A DNA stretch of 34,827 nucleotides from a bacterium (lineage in GTDB: Bacteria; JACRDZ01; JAQUKH01). The notes beneath the pieces were generated by a model. That model was not told the DNA's origin. It searched no databases and worked only from the letters and a program-made list of their open reading frames with translations. Shown here one piece after another: positions 10,070-19,625 of the stretch. A program made the translations under genes and the position numbers. Location: NCBI GenBank assembly GCA_028719205.1, contig JAQUKH010000002.1, positions 62,001-96,827 of the forward strand, in the 5' to 3' direction. Within the stretch, counting starts at the first letter, position 1. Each line of letters starts with the position of its first letter.

Positions 10070-11710
10070 ATGAATAACTGGACTGGTTTTTATCTGAATT
10101 TTTTCGGAGGTTTGGCGCTTTTTATTTATGGAATGCGTCTGGCCGGAGAAAATATTCAAAGACTTGCAGGTTTTAAACTTAAGGATGTTATTAAACAGTT
10201 GACCGATAGCCGTTTAAAGGCGGCTTTTGTGGGTATAATGGCGACTCTTGCCATTCAAAGCAGTAATGCCTCTATCGCGCTGGTCGTAGGATTTTTAGAC
10301 TCTTCACTGATAATGCTCTGGCAGGGGTTGGCGCTTATACTTGGCGCTCATATTGGAACAGCCCTTATTGTACAACTAATCGCCTTTAATCTCTCCGATT
10401 TCTCTCTGTTTTTTGTTTTTATAGGCTTGTTAATTATTCTCCTTCTTGGCAAGAACCGTAGAAATATTTATTTCGGTAAAATTATTCTGAGTATAGGTTT
10501 TATTTTTCTGGGAATGAAAATATTGGGCGATGGAATGAAATCTCTGGAAAACGTTGATGAGTTTAAGCGTATCCTTATCGACGCCGGACAGAAACCATTT
10601 CTGTCAATCATTCTGTCGTTTGGGATAACGGTTCTGACACAATCAAGCGTTGCCTCGATAGGAATGGTGATCATTCTTGCCAGTCACGGCCTTTTAGACC
10701 TTAAAGGCGGCTTACTTATGGTTCTTGGTTCGAATTTAGGAAGTTGTGTGGCAGTTGTTGCCGCGAGCTGGGGGGCCTTTCATGAGGGTAAAAGGGCAAT
10801 ATGGGCCAATCTTTTGTTTAAGATTATTGCCGCGATATTATTTTTTCTGCTTCTGCCTGTTTTTGAAATAATGACAGTTAAATTTTCTTCATTATTCCTG
10901 CAGGCTTCGGTAGGGCGGGAAATTGCCAACGGGCATTTACTATTCAATATTATCAGCGCGATCATTTTTATTCCTTTCATTAATCAGGAAGTAAAATTCT
11001 TAAATAAATTTGTTCCAGAAAGAGAAATGGAAGACAGGATAAGCCAAATCAAATATATAAAAATGTCGGGACTTGAAATGCCTTCGATCGGACTGGATAA
11101 CGCACGGCGTGAGGTTGCAAGAATGGCTAAATTTGTTGAGACTATGGTTCAGGAGGTAATTACAGGCATTCTTGAAAACAAACGCTATTTAATCGATAAC
11201 CTGCGCTCACGAGACGATGAGATTGACAAATTGAACCGTACAATCCACGATTTTCTGGTCCAACTGGCACAAAACTCGCTTACTGACAGTGACTCAAAAA
11301 CAGATACCGGGATTTTATACATTTTAAATGATATTGAAAATATAGGTGATATTGTTGATAAAAACCTGATAAGGCTGGGGGAAAAAAAGATAAATGAAAA
11401 TATTTCTTTTTCAAATGAAGGAGAAGAAGAAATAAAATTTTTTTATTCGATGATCAGAAAAAATTTCGCGCTGATCATCCAGGCGCTTAATACCGGAAAT
11501 TATATGCTTGCTGAAGAGATAATCTTAAAACGGGAAGAACTCGCGGAACATGAACGTGAACTTCACCACCGGCATATCAGCCGCCTGCACCAGGGAACAA
11601 AAGAAACCATTGCTTCCTCCGCGATCCACCTTGACGTCCTTAATAATCTCGGAAGGATAAACGCTCATTTGGTCAGTGCTTCCTGGGCGGTACTTGAGGA
11701 ATTATCATAA
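10070..11710 (+). CDS. Na+/Pi cotransporter family protein with C-terminal PhoU-like domain
   Basis: GGLALFIYGM, repeated QSS motifs (IQSSNAS, TQSSVAS), GAHIGT/GSNLGS, NDIENIGD, C-terminal helical PhoU-like region. Confidence 0.9.
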   Translation: MNNWTGFYLNFFGGLALFIYGMRLAGENIQRLAGFKLKDVIKQLTDSRLKAAFVGIMATLAIQSSNASIALVVGFLDSSLIMLWQGLALILGAHIGTALIVQLIAFNLSDFSLFFVFIGLLIILLLGKNRRNIYFGKIILSIGFIFLGMKILGDGMKSLENVDEFKRILIDAGQKPFLSIILSFGITVLTQSSVASIGMVIILASHGLLDLKGGLLMVLGSNLGSCVAVVAASWGAFHEGKRAIWANLLFKIIAAILFFLLLPVFEIMTVKFSSLFLQASVGREIANGHLLFNIISAIIFIPFINQEVKFLNKFVPEREMEDRISQIKYIKMSGLEMPSIGLDNARREVARMAKFVETMVQEVITGILENKRYLIDNLRSRDDEIDKLNRTIHDFLVQLAQNSLTDSDSKTDTGILYILNDIENIGDIVDKNLIRLGEKKINENISFSNEGEEEIKFFYSMIRKNFALIIQALNTGNYMLAEEIILKREELAEHERELHHRHISRLHQGTKETIASSAIHLDVLNNLGRINAHLVSASWAVLEELS

Positions 11711-11730
11711 TGTTTGCATTTAAATAAAAT

Positions 11731-12198
11731 ATGAATTCAAAAGACATAATAAATAAATACAAATTAGTTAAACATCCTGAGGGCGGATGGTACAAAGAAG
11801 TTATCCGGTCTGGAGATCTTATTTCATTTAACGGCAAAAAAAGGAGCGCTGTAACCTCTATTTATTTTTTATTGACCAAAGGAGGAATCAGTAAATGGCA
11901 TATTGTCGATTCGGATGAAATATGGATATTCTTAGATGGAGAACCCCTGGAATTGCACCAGGCAAACTTAAAAACCGGTAAATATTTTATTGAAAAAATT
12001 GATCCTGAAAACAGGCAAAGCGTTGTACCGTCGAATACCTGGCAAGCTGCAAAATCCAAAGGAGAATTTTCATTCGTTGCCTGTGTAGTCGCGCCAGGAT
12101 TTGAATTTGAAGGATTCAAATTGCTTAAAAAAGATTCCCTGGAGTTTGAAAAATTATTGAAATTAAATAAAAGCGCAAAGGAATTTACATATGAATAA
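11731..12198 (+). CDS. Cupin, DUF985/Cupin_5 type
   Basis: L.KHPEGGWYKE, TSIYFLL, WH...SDEIW, WQAA, CVVAPGFEF.GF. Confidence 0.9.
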   Translation: MNSKDIINKYKLVKHPEGGWYKEVIRSGDLISFNGKKRSAVTSIYFLLTKGGISKWHIVDSDEIWIFLDGEPLELHQANLKTGKYFIEKIDPENRQSVVPSNTWQAAKSKGEFSFVACVVAPGFEFEGFKLLKKDSLEFEKLLKLNKSAKEFTYE

Positions 12199-12952
12199 AA
12201 CTAAAACATTTTTAACTCATATTTTTTTAATACTTGTTTTAATAACAGTATACGGGATTTCTTCAGTATATTCAGAAGATAATCATGATGATCCGGCCCG
12301 GACTGAAAATTCTTATTTGGTCGGAAGAGTATATAAAAATAACGCGCATATTTTATTTAATGGAGTTTCTGTAAATGAGTTTATTTTGGCGAATAATTGC
12401 GGTGAATGCAGTTTTGAATATTGCTTTTTCGCGCCTTCCAAAGAAATCAAAAAGTTTTTATTAAATTCGGCAGGGAAGCAGGTAATTCTTTCGGGAAAAT
12501 ATCTGAGTATACCTGCTGATAAGTTAAAACAGGAAAATCCCGCGTCCAAATGTTTAGAAACACCGGTTGATAAAAGTATTTCTTTCTTCAGCGTAGAAAA
12601 AGCAGAATATATATCGTTCTATAGTTATGTTGTCCCTGATAAAATAAACTGGGATAAGCCTGTAAATATAAAGCTTCATATAAAAAATCCGTTTGAATAT
12701 CAAATAACGCTGAATATAGACCTCTTCAGTCTTGACAGCCATTCAAAAGAAAATCATATTTTAAAAGCAAAAGAAGAAAAAGACATAAAAATTGATTTTA
12801 ATTTAAGCAAACAGGATTGGGCGAGAGACTATGGAGCGGCAATTATCCTGGAGATAAAAACATCCTCAGGAAAAGAAAAAAGTCTTATATATTTTTCTGA
12901 TAAAATCGCGTTTTACGGCCCTGACGGCGAATTAATCAATCTTGAGGAGTAA
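12191..12952 (+). CDS. Hypothetical secreted/membrane-anchored protein
   Basis: N-terminal hydrophobic signal-like segment, several Cys, overlaps the upstream stop. A diverged copy of its 3' end lies at 14968-15033. Confidence 0.7.
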   Translation: MNKTKTFLTHIFLILVLITVYGISSVYSEDNHDDPARTENSYLVGRVYKNNAHILFNGVSVNEFILANNCGECSFEYCFFAPSKEIKKFLLNSAGKQVILSGKYLSIPADKLKQENPASKCLETPVDKSISFFSVEKAEYISFYSYVVPDKINWDKPVNIKLHIKNPFEYQITLNIDLFSLDSHSKENHILKAKEEKDIKIDFNLSKQDWARDYGAAIILEIKTSSGKEKSLIYFSDKIAFYGPDGELINLEE

Positions 12953-13042
12953 ACACTCCAGTTTCCCGGTTTAAACAATCCAATCAATCAGCCGGATGAT
13001 ATAAATTATGTTTAAGTCCCATTTATGGTCTAATTAATTATA

Positions 13043-13071
13043 TTGACTATTGGATTATTCAGGGCCATAAT
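13043..13071 (+). promoter_or_regulatory. Sigma70-type promoter for the kinase gene
   Basis: TTGACT, 17 bp, CATAAT. Confidence 0.5.
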
Positions 13072-13132
13072 TGTTATGTTAATTAAATTCAATATAAGTT
13101 AATTTGATCATAAACCATTTTTAAGAGTCTTT

Positions 13133-14899
13133 ATGAAAATAACAACTAAAATAAGCCTATATTTTTTATCGTTAACCGTAATATGCGCCCTTGTTTCTTT
13201 TTCGTTTCTATATTACATTACTAAAAAAAATCTTGAGGCGGAAATAGAACTTCATCTTGATTCAGATCTTAAATCAAGAGCCAGGCACATAGAAACCTAC
13301 CTGGAGCTTCTTAAGGTGTCTGTAAAACAGCTGTCCAAAGGCCCGGTTATCGGGAATTTTCTAAAGATGAATTCGGACGAAAAAGAAAAGAATTATGATA
13401 AGGTAATAAAAAGATTTGAAGCGATAAAGGAAGCTAACACTTCCATAGGTGATTTTTTATTAATAGATATTGCAGGTAAGGTTGTTGCTTCCACAGATAA
13501 AAAAGCTATCGGGCTGGATAAGTCAACAGACGATTTTTTTATAAACGGCCGTGAAAATACAAGAATTAAAGATGCTTATTATCAAAAAGATACAGGTAAA
13601 CAACTGCTTGCTGTGTCTACCCCGGTGATAGATGCTGATTCAAATAAGTTTCTTGGAATACTTGCCGCAAAGGTTGAATTAGAAAGCATGAATAAAATTG
13701 TTGCTGATAAAACCGGACTTTTAAATACGGGAGAAATATAGGTTGTTAATAAATACGGCTATATGATCACTCCTTCAAGATTTATTTCCGGAACGTTTCT
13801 AAAACAAAAAGTCGATACAGATAATTTCAGGAACTGCCAGTCAAATAAAGATAAAAAAGTATCTGCAAAAACAGGTGTATTCCGTAACTATCTCGGGAAA
13901 AAGGTTCTGGGGTCCTGCGAATGTATCAATGAAATGGATTGGGTCATTCTGGGCGAAATTGATGCGAGCGAGGCCTTTGAGCCTTTGAAAAAAATACAAC
14001 TTGTTTTCATATTTCTCTTGTTTATTGTGCCGCTGGTAGGATTTATTTTGGGGAAAATCATTTCAGAAGTTATATCCAAGCCGATCATTAAATTACAAAA
14101 AGGGATGGAAATTATAGGAAAAGGGAATCTCGACCATAAAGTTGGAACTACCGCTCAAGATGAGATCGGACAGCTTTCAAGGTCCTTTGACAGGATGACG
14201 GAAAAGTTAAAGGATTCGCAGGAAAGGCTTATTCGTTCTGAAAAGCTGGCAGTTGCCGGAAAGTTATCTTCAAGCATAGCCCATGATATCCGTAATCCTC
14301 TGAGTACAATAAAAGTTGTAGTATATAAGTTAAAGATGTTTACGATATGTAAACAAAATCCTGAGATAATGGAAAAATTATCTGAGATATCTTATGAAAT
14401 TGATGTTTCAAATAAAGTGATAAATAATTTTCTGGAATTCACGCGTATAAAAAAACCTGTCCTTCTCCGGGAAAATATAAACCCTATAATTAAAGAGGCA
14501 TTAAGCGGATTTCAATTGAGCCGGAATATTGAACTGGCCCTTGAGCTTCAAGATGATTTACCTGACACGCTTCTTGACAAAGTGCAGATCCGGGAGGTGT
14601 TTTATAATCTCATTAAAAATGCCCTGGAGGCAATGGAAAAAGGCGGAAGTCTTAAAATCAGCACAGTTTTAAAGGGTGGTTTTATTGAGATTTTTTTCAA
14701 CGATACAGGCTGCGGTATTCCTGAGGAAAATACAGGAAAAATATTCGAACCGCTTTTTTCTACAAAGGCAAATGGTAACGGATTGGGCCTTTTTATATCA
14801 GCATCATTTATCGAAGGGCATCGGGGTAAGATTAAAGTTGAAAGTGAAGCCGGCAAAGGAACAACTTTTATTATTAAACTGCCGTTTTCTCCGAAGTAG
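13133..14899 (+). pseudogene. Membrane sensor histidine kinase (TM-Cache-TM-HAMP-HisKA-HATPase) interrupted by one in-frame TAG at 13739-13741
   Basis: ORFs 13133-13741 and 13763-14899 are in the same frame (offset 630). The junction reads GEI*VVNKYGYMITPSRF. H-box AHDIRNPL, NLIKNA, DTGCGI, F.TK..GNGLGL intact. Confidence 0.8.
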
Positions 14900-15033
14900 A
14901 TAAACTTTAACCTGCCTAAAGATTTTGACGAATACATAATTGTTTCGCGAAAAATGATAAAAATATTATATACTTTTCTGCTAAGATCGCCTTTTATAGT
15001 CCCGACGGCGAATTAATAAATATCGAAGAGTAA
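14900..15033 (+). pseudogene. 3' remnant of a paralogue of the 12191-12952 hypothetical gene
   Basis: 14968-15033 encodes IYFSAKIAFYSPDGELINIEE* versus IYFSDKIAFYGPDGELINLEE* (18/21 identical). 14900-14926 gives INFNLPKDF versus IDFNLSKQDW in another frame. Confidence 0.8.
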
Positions 15034-15174
15034 ATGCGTTTTTTCTTATTACTTTTTATATTTTAAAAGCTGTGAGATCGTAACAAAATTGTATCCCCTG
15101 GATTTTAATCCGCTAATTATTTTTGGTAATGCATCTCTGTCGGCGGCACAAGGAACGCAATATACTTAATCATT

Positions 15175-15534
15175 TTATGCTTCATTTTCTTTTACTCTAT
15201 ACTTTACAATTTTTTTGATTATATCAAATGGAATCGGTTTATCTAAAGGAAATTGGACAGAACCCTTTGCCTGCTTATACGGAGACAATTCTTTTTTGAA
15301 AGTAGCAATGGCTGACGGAGTGGGATAAAAGCCGATATGATTTTTAAACGCGGCGAAATGCACCAGATTGCCATTCAGTTTGAATGTGGGTATCCCATAA
15401 TTTATCGTTTCTTCGGCTTGAGGAGCTGTTTCTTTAATAACCAGCCTGAGTTTTTTCAAAATATCCTGGACATTTTTTGGAAATGAAGAAACATATTTGT
15501 CTATGGTTGTTAATTGTGTTTTAGGTGTTGCCAC
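15175..15534 (-). CDS. DUF1801 (YdhG-like) protein
   Basis: IDKY, AEETINYGIPTF, LVHFAAFKNHIGFYP, KGSVQFPLDKPIP. GTG start after AGAGGA. Confidence 0.88.
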   Translation of the reverse strand: MATPKTQLTTIDKYVSSFPKNVQDILKKLRLVIKETAPQAEETINYGIPTFKLNGNLVHFAAFKNHIGFYPTPSAIATFKKELSPYKQAKGSVQFPLDKPIPFDIIKKIVKYRVKENEA

Positions 15535-15706
15535 TTTGTTTCCTCTATATTTTAACTTGTATTATCGGCAAATAATATTTTTATAATTCCTTTTTCTATC
15601 TGAATTGTGGTATGATTTTATTATTAAAGTGCAATAAATATTATACTGTAAATTATAAAAATAATGGACTGAATCTCCAGGCTTTAAAGTGAAAAGGAGA
15701 AACAAA

Positions 15707-16309
15707 ATGGAATATAAATTTCTTGTGGACACCTATGATACCGAACGGTTTAAGACCCTGAATGTCTGGAGCATGTTCAAGGATGATGATCTTTTGATCC
15801 GGCCTCATAAAGAAGATAAAAGAGGCAGGAACCTCCTTGAACACATGATACACCAGTGTGCCGGTGAAAACAAATGGTTCTGCAAAATGTTCGGTATCGA
15901 TGTCGGTGCGCCTCCTTTGCCGTCAAAAGAAACACGCTTTGAATTTATAAAGCGATACGCGGAAGATTCTGAGAAACGCCTTGCGGCCCTGAAGGAAAAG
16001 GACAAGGTTTGGTGGGAAGAAGAAACCGGTTTTTTTAATACAAAAAAGCCAAAAACCTGGATCATGACGCGAAGGATAGCTCATACAGCCCACCACAGGG
16101 GAGAGCAGGTAACTTTGTTGAGAATTTTAGGGAGAAATGTTTACAGCGTTTACGGCCCTTCCGCGGATACGGGCGGCCTGCCGGACAATAACGCGCAGAC
16201 AATATATGCTTATCCGGATCTTGAATCCCTTATTAACGGTGAAACAAAAGGCGGGGCGAAAGCAACTCTCTTGGGTTCCGAGAATAAGCCATGCACGGAA
16301 CGGCCTTAA
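15707..16309 (+). CDS. DinB family protein
   Basis: EHMIHQ and RRIAHTAHHRG.Q His motifs, YGPSADTGG. ATG at 15707 after AAGGAG. Confidence 0.82.
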   Translation: MEYKFLVDTYDTERFKTLNVWSMFKDDDLLIRPHKEDKRGRNLLEHMIHQCAGENKWFCKMFGIDVGAPPLPSKETRFEFIKRYAEDSEKRLAALKEKDKVWWEEETGFFNTKKPKTWIMTRRIAHTAHHRGEQVTLLRILGRNVYSVYGPSADTGGLPDNNAQTIYAYPDLESLINGETKGGAKATLLGSENKPCTERP

Positions 16310-16333
16310 ATATAAAACTTGGGGAAACAATAA

Positions 16334-16687
16334 ATGAACAGGAAAGAATTGGTAAACGAATACAAGCAAACCATTCAGCCTATGGGAATTTATCAGATAA
16401 GAAACATGGCCAATGGAAAAATATTTCTTGGAAGCTCAAAAGATCTCAAGGGCATTATTAATCGGAATAAGTTTCAACTGAAAAATGGCCTCCATATGAA
16501 TAAGCAACTGCAAAAAGACTTTAGTGAAGCCGGAGAGGAAAGTTTCTCTTTCGAAATATTGGACTATTTAAAGCCGAAAGATAACATGAACGGTGATTAT
16601 ACCGAAGAACTTCACATGCTTGAAGAAATGTGGCTGGAAAAGCTCCAGTCCTATAATGAAAAAGGGTATAACACAAAGAGCCGCTAA
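16334..16687 (+). CDS. Stand-alone GIY-YIG nuclease-family protein
   Basis: MGIYQIRN..NGKIFLGSS, H.NKQLQKDF...G...F.FEIL, C-terminal GYN. Confidence 0.85.
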   Translation: MNRKELVNEYKQTIQPMGIYQIRNMANGKIFLGSSKDLKGIINRNKFQLKNGLHMNKQLQKDFSEAGEESFSFEILDYLKPKDNMNGDYTEELHMLEEMWLEKLQSYNEKGYNTKSR

Positions 16688-16711
16688 TCAGGCATAGAAG
16701 GAGGATAAACT

Positions 16712-17665
16712 ATGCACCAGATTGAAAAAATAAAAATGTCAGATAATCTTTGCAGATCTGCATTATTATTGATGCTGTTTATCGCAATACTGATAATGAA
16801 TAGGCAAGTTAGTGGGGAGCAACTTGCGGCAGGCGGTAAAGGGACGGAACCTTGTGTCAGGGAGGGCTGTCATAAGGAACATCCCTTGAAAAGCGGGAAA
16901 ATGCCCCGCGAGACACTTGTCTCGTCACCGCTCAATATCGCTATCTTTATATATGAAAACGCGGATGAGCTGGATATATTCGGCCCGCGGGAAGTATTTG
17001 GTATTGCCAGAATTATGTCGAGTAGTGGAGGTGGTATATTCCTGGTTGCCGAGACAGCTGAACCGGTAACTCTTGCAGGCGGGACAAAGGTCATCCCGGA
17101 TTATGCCTTTGATAATGCTCCTAAACCGGATATTTTTATTGTGCCGGGTGGCACAGGTTCATCCAAACAGGCGGAAAATCCCAAGGTTACAAAATATATC
17201 AGCAATACCGCCAAAAACAGTCGCTGGATCGTGGGAGTCTGTACTGGTAGTATTCTTCTTGCTGAAGCAGGGCCGGCAAAGGGAAAGCAAACCACGACCC
17301 ATCACCTTCAGCTTGACAAAATGCGTAAGATAAACGGCGTGGAAAATGTCAGGGAAGGGGTTCGTTATGTGCAGGACGGGAACCTGGTTACATCCGCGGG
17401 AGTATCGGCGGGGATCGATCTGTCTCTCTGGCTGACAGAACAGGTTTACGGGGCCGATGTATCTGATAAGGTTAAGAGCATAATCGAATATTATCCCGAT
17501 CAAACTGTGAAAGTAGCACCTATTGTAAAAACAGGAAAAAAGATGCCGGTAGATCCTGTATGTGGAATGGAAGTAGACGAAAAAACTGTGATAAAAGTAG
17601 AAAAAGACGGCAATGCTTATTATTTTTGCTGTGAGGCATGTAAACAAAAATTTCTTGAAAAATGA
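16712..17665 (+). CDS. DJ-1/PfpI family protein with signal-like N-terminus and C-terminal YHS domain
   Basis: ELDIFGP.EV, VPGG.G, nucleophile elbow GVCTGS, TSAGVSAGID. YHS-like DPVCGM...YYFCCEACK. SD AGGAGG. Confidence 0.88.
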   Translation: MHQIEKIKMSDNLCRSALLLMLFIAILIMNRQVSGEQLAAGGKGTEPCVREGCHKEHPLKSGKMPRETLVSSPLNIAIFIYENADELDIFGPREVFGIARIMSSSGGGIFLVAETAEPVTLAGGTKVIPDYAFDNAPKPDIFIVPGGTGSSKQAENPKVTKYISNTAKNSRWIVGVCTGSILLAEAGPAKGKQTTTHHLQLDKMRKINGVENVREGVRYVQDGNLVTSAGVSAGIDLSLWLTEQVYGADVSDKVKSIIEYYPDQTVKVAPIVKTGKKMPVDPVCGMEVDEKTVIKVEKDGNAYYFCCEACKQKFLEK

Positions 17666-17695
17666 ATTTTTATTGATTGTAAGGAGAAAATTCAA

Positions 17696-18055
17696 ATGTC
17701 AAAATTAATAAAATCGCCTGCGGAAATTAAAGCTCATGGAAATAAACCCAAGATCATCCAGGAATTTGTCGGCCGGTTGAATTCAAAAACAGAAAATATC
17801 AGCATAGCAAAAATGAACAGCCCTGATGGCTGGATAGAATCGGGGCAAACTCCGGAATTCGATGAGTATACGATTGTTTTAAAGGGAATTCTGTGTGTAA
17901 AAACAAAAGGCGGCATGACCGAAGTAAAAGCAGGGCAGGCGTTTATTGCTTCAAAAAACGAATGGGTGCAGTATAGTACGCCGTATAAAGATGGTGCGGA
18001 ATACATCGCTGTTTGCATACCGGCATTTAGCCCGGAATGTGTGCATAGAGATTAA
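17696..18055 (+). CDS. Cupin-domain protein (EutQ-like)
   Basis: KPKIIQEFVGR, GW.E.GQTPEFDEYT.VLKG, EWVQYSTP, AEYIAVC.PAFSP. Confidence 0.82.
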   Translation: MSKLIKSPAEIKAHGNKPKIIQEFVGRLNSKTENISIAKMNSPDGWIESGQTPEFDEYTIVLKGILCVKTKGGMTEVKAGQAFIASKNEWVQYSTPYKDGAEYIAVCIPAFSPECVHRD

Positions 18056-18083
18056 TAATTTTTAAAGATATGAGGTTAAAATT

Positions 18084-19283
18084 ATGAAAGAAATGGATAA
18101 CATATTTTCGGACAGGATTGCTGATGTGCCGCGTTCTTTTATTCGTGAAATACTCAAGGTTACTATTGACCCGGAAATAATTTCATTCGCGGGAGGTCTT
18201 CCGAACAGAGATCTTTTTCCTGTCGAGGAAATAAAGGCGGCAACGAATAAAATTATAAGCATGCATGGAAGGGATGTCTTTCAATATAGCACTTCGGAAG
18301 GCTATGCGAAACTCAGGGAATATATCGCGGAACGCTATAATAGAGAAAAAAATATTAATGTTTCTTCCGAAGATATTTTGATAACAAGCGGTTCCCAGCA
18401 AGGATTGGACCTTTTGGGAAAAATCATGATTAACGATGGTGAGTCAATAATAATTGAAGAACCTGGCTACCTTGGGGCAATACAGGCTTTTTCGATTTAC
18501 AAACCGAAATTTCTGCCTGTGCCTGTTTCCGATGAGGGAATGGATATCGAAAAACTGCGTTTAATAATGTCTTCTGAAAAACCGAAGTTAATGTACACAG
18601 TTCCTAATTTTTCGAATCCATCGGGTGTTTCATATTCCGAGAAAAACAGGCACGAGATAGCAAAAATACTTCAGAAGACAAATACATTTTTAATTGAAGA
18701 TGATCCTTATGGAGATTTGAGATTCGCGGGTAAAAATAAAACTTCGTTTAAGAAATTATTTCCTGAAAATACGATCCTTCTGGGCTCTTTTTCCAAAATT
18801 ATCGTTCCGGGATTCCGTATAGGTTGGGTTTGTGCCCCGCAGCATGTGATGAAAAAGCTGATAATCGCTAAGCAGGCAACAGATCTGCACACAAGCCATT
18901 TTACACAGAGTATTATTTACCAATACCTGAAGGACAATGATATTGACGAACACATAATGAAAATAAAACAGGTTTATGGAAAACAATGTGAGGCTATGCT
19001 CGAAAGTATCCGGCAGTATTTTCCTGATAATGTTAAATATACAAAGCCTGAAGGCGGGATGTTCCTCTGGGTTCAATTACCGGGAAATTTGTCATCCTTA
19101 AAATTGTTCGATCTTGCCGTGAAAGATAAAGTGATATTTGTTCCGGGCGACCCGTTCTATATCAACAAAAAAAATACAAACACTTTGCGATTGAATTTTT
19201 CTTGCGTGGATGAAGCTACTATAAGGATAGGGATAGAAAGATTGGGGAAAGCGATCAGGGAGCTAATAAATATTAAAAAATAA
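18084..19283 (+). CDS. PLP-dependent class I aminotransferase (LysN/ARO8-like)
   Basis: ISFAGGLP, GSQQGLD, NPSG, EDDPYG, GSFSK...PG.RIGW, GGMFLW, RLNFS. Confidence 0.92.
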   Translation: MKEMDNIFSDRIADVPRSFIREILKVTIDPEIISFAGGLPNRDLFPVEEIKAATNKIISMHGRDVFQYSTSEGYAKLREYIAERYNREKNINVSSEDILITSGSQQGLDLLGKIMINDGESIIIEEPGYLGAIQAFSIYKPKFLPVPVSDEGMDIEKLRLIMSSEKPKLMYTVPNFSNPSGVSYSEKNRHEIAKILQKTNTFLIEDDPYGDLRFAGKNKTSFKKLFPENTILLGSFSKIIVPGFRIGWVCAPQHVMKKLIIAKQATDLHTSHFTQSIIYQYLKDNDIDEHIMKIKQVYGKQCEAMLESIRQYFPDNVKYTKPEGGMFLWVQLPGNLSSLKLFDLAVKDKVIFVPGDPFYINKKNTNTLRLNFSCVDEATIRIGIERLGKAIRELINIKK

Positions 19284-19325
19284 AAACAAGCCCGAAATTC
19301 CTATTGTTTTTTCATCTAATTTATC

Positions 19326-19353
19326 TTGACAATATACAAACTTTGTATATAAT
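19326..19353 (+). promoter_or_regulatory. TA operon promoter with palindromic operator
   Basis: TTGACA (19326-19331), 16 bp, TATAAT (19348-19353). Perfect inverted repeat ATATACAAA-C-TTTGTATAT at 19332-19350. Confidence 0.75.
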
Positions 19354-19370
19354 AATATTGAGGTGAAATT

Positions 19371-19625
19371 ATGAGCACAAATACTGTTAATATTTCTTTT
19401 GAGAAAAATTTATTATCTGAAATTGATATGGTCGCGAAAAAGGAATCACGGACGCGTTCCGAATTAATACGCGAGGCCGCGCGGATGTATATTGAAAGAA
19501 AAAACAAATGGAAAGATATTTTTTCTTTCGGTGATTCATATTTTAAAGGTAAAAATATCGGTGAGCCGGAAGTGCGGGAAGAGATCAGGCAATACAGGCG
19601 AAGCAAAAGAAAGATAAATGTCTAA
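19371..19625 (+). CDS. CopG/ribbon-helix-helix antitoxin
   Basis: TVNISF...LL.EID.VAK.E.RTRSELIREA RHH pattern. Overlaps the downstream PIN gene. Confidence 0.88.
   Translation: MSTNTVNISFEKNLLSEIDMVAKKESRTRSELIREAARMYIERKNKWKDIFSFGDSYFKGKNIGEPEVREEIRQYRRSKRKINV

Noticed and set aside
13061..13084. Second dif-like string (CATAA-TTG-TTATGTTAATT)
   Set aside because: Spacer is 3 bp rather than 6, and it overlaps a plausible -10 box.
13739..13741. Genome-wide TAG reassignment
   Set aside because: gatB and apt end at TAG at their expected C-termini, and no other gene in the window has an internal TAG.
16334..16687. Homing endonuclease or mobile intron
   Set aside because: Only 117 aa, no DNA-binding tail, not inside a host gene. 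Fits the small stand-alone GIY-YIG family.
17159..17695. 178-aa antisense ORF, and similar shadow ORFs (e.g. 23079-23477, 25395-25790, 26903-27316, 34147-34743)
   Set aside because: They overlap well-supported genes on the opposite strand and have no recognisable motifs or SD.
19316..19606. 96-aa minus-strand ORF over the antitoxin
   Set aside because: Shadow of the RHH gene, which has a promoter, SD and operon partner.
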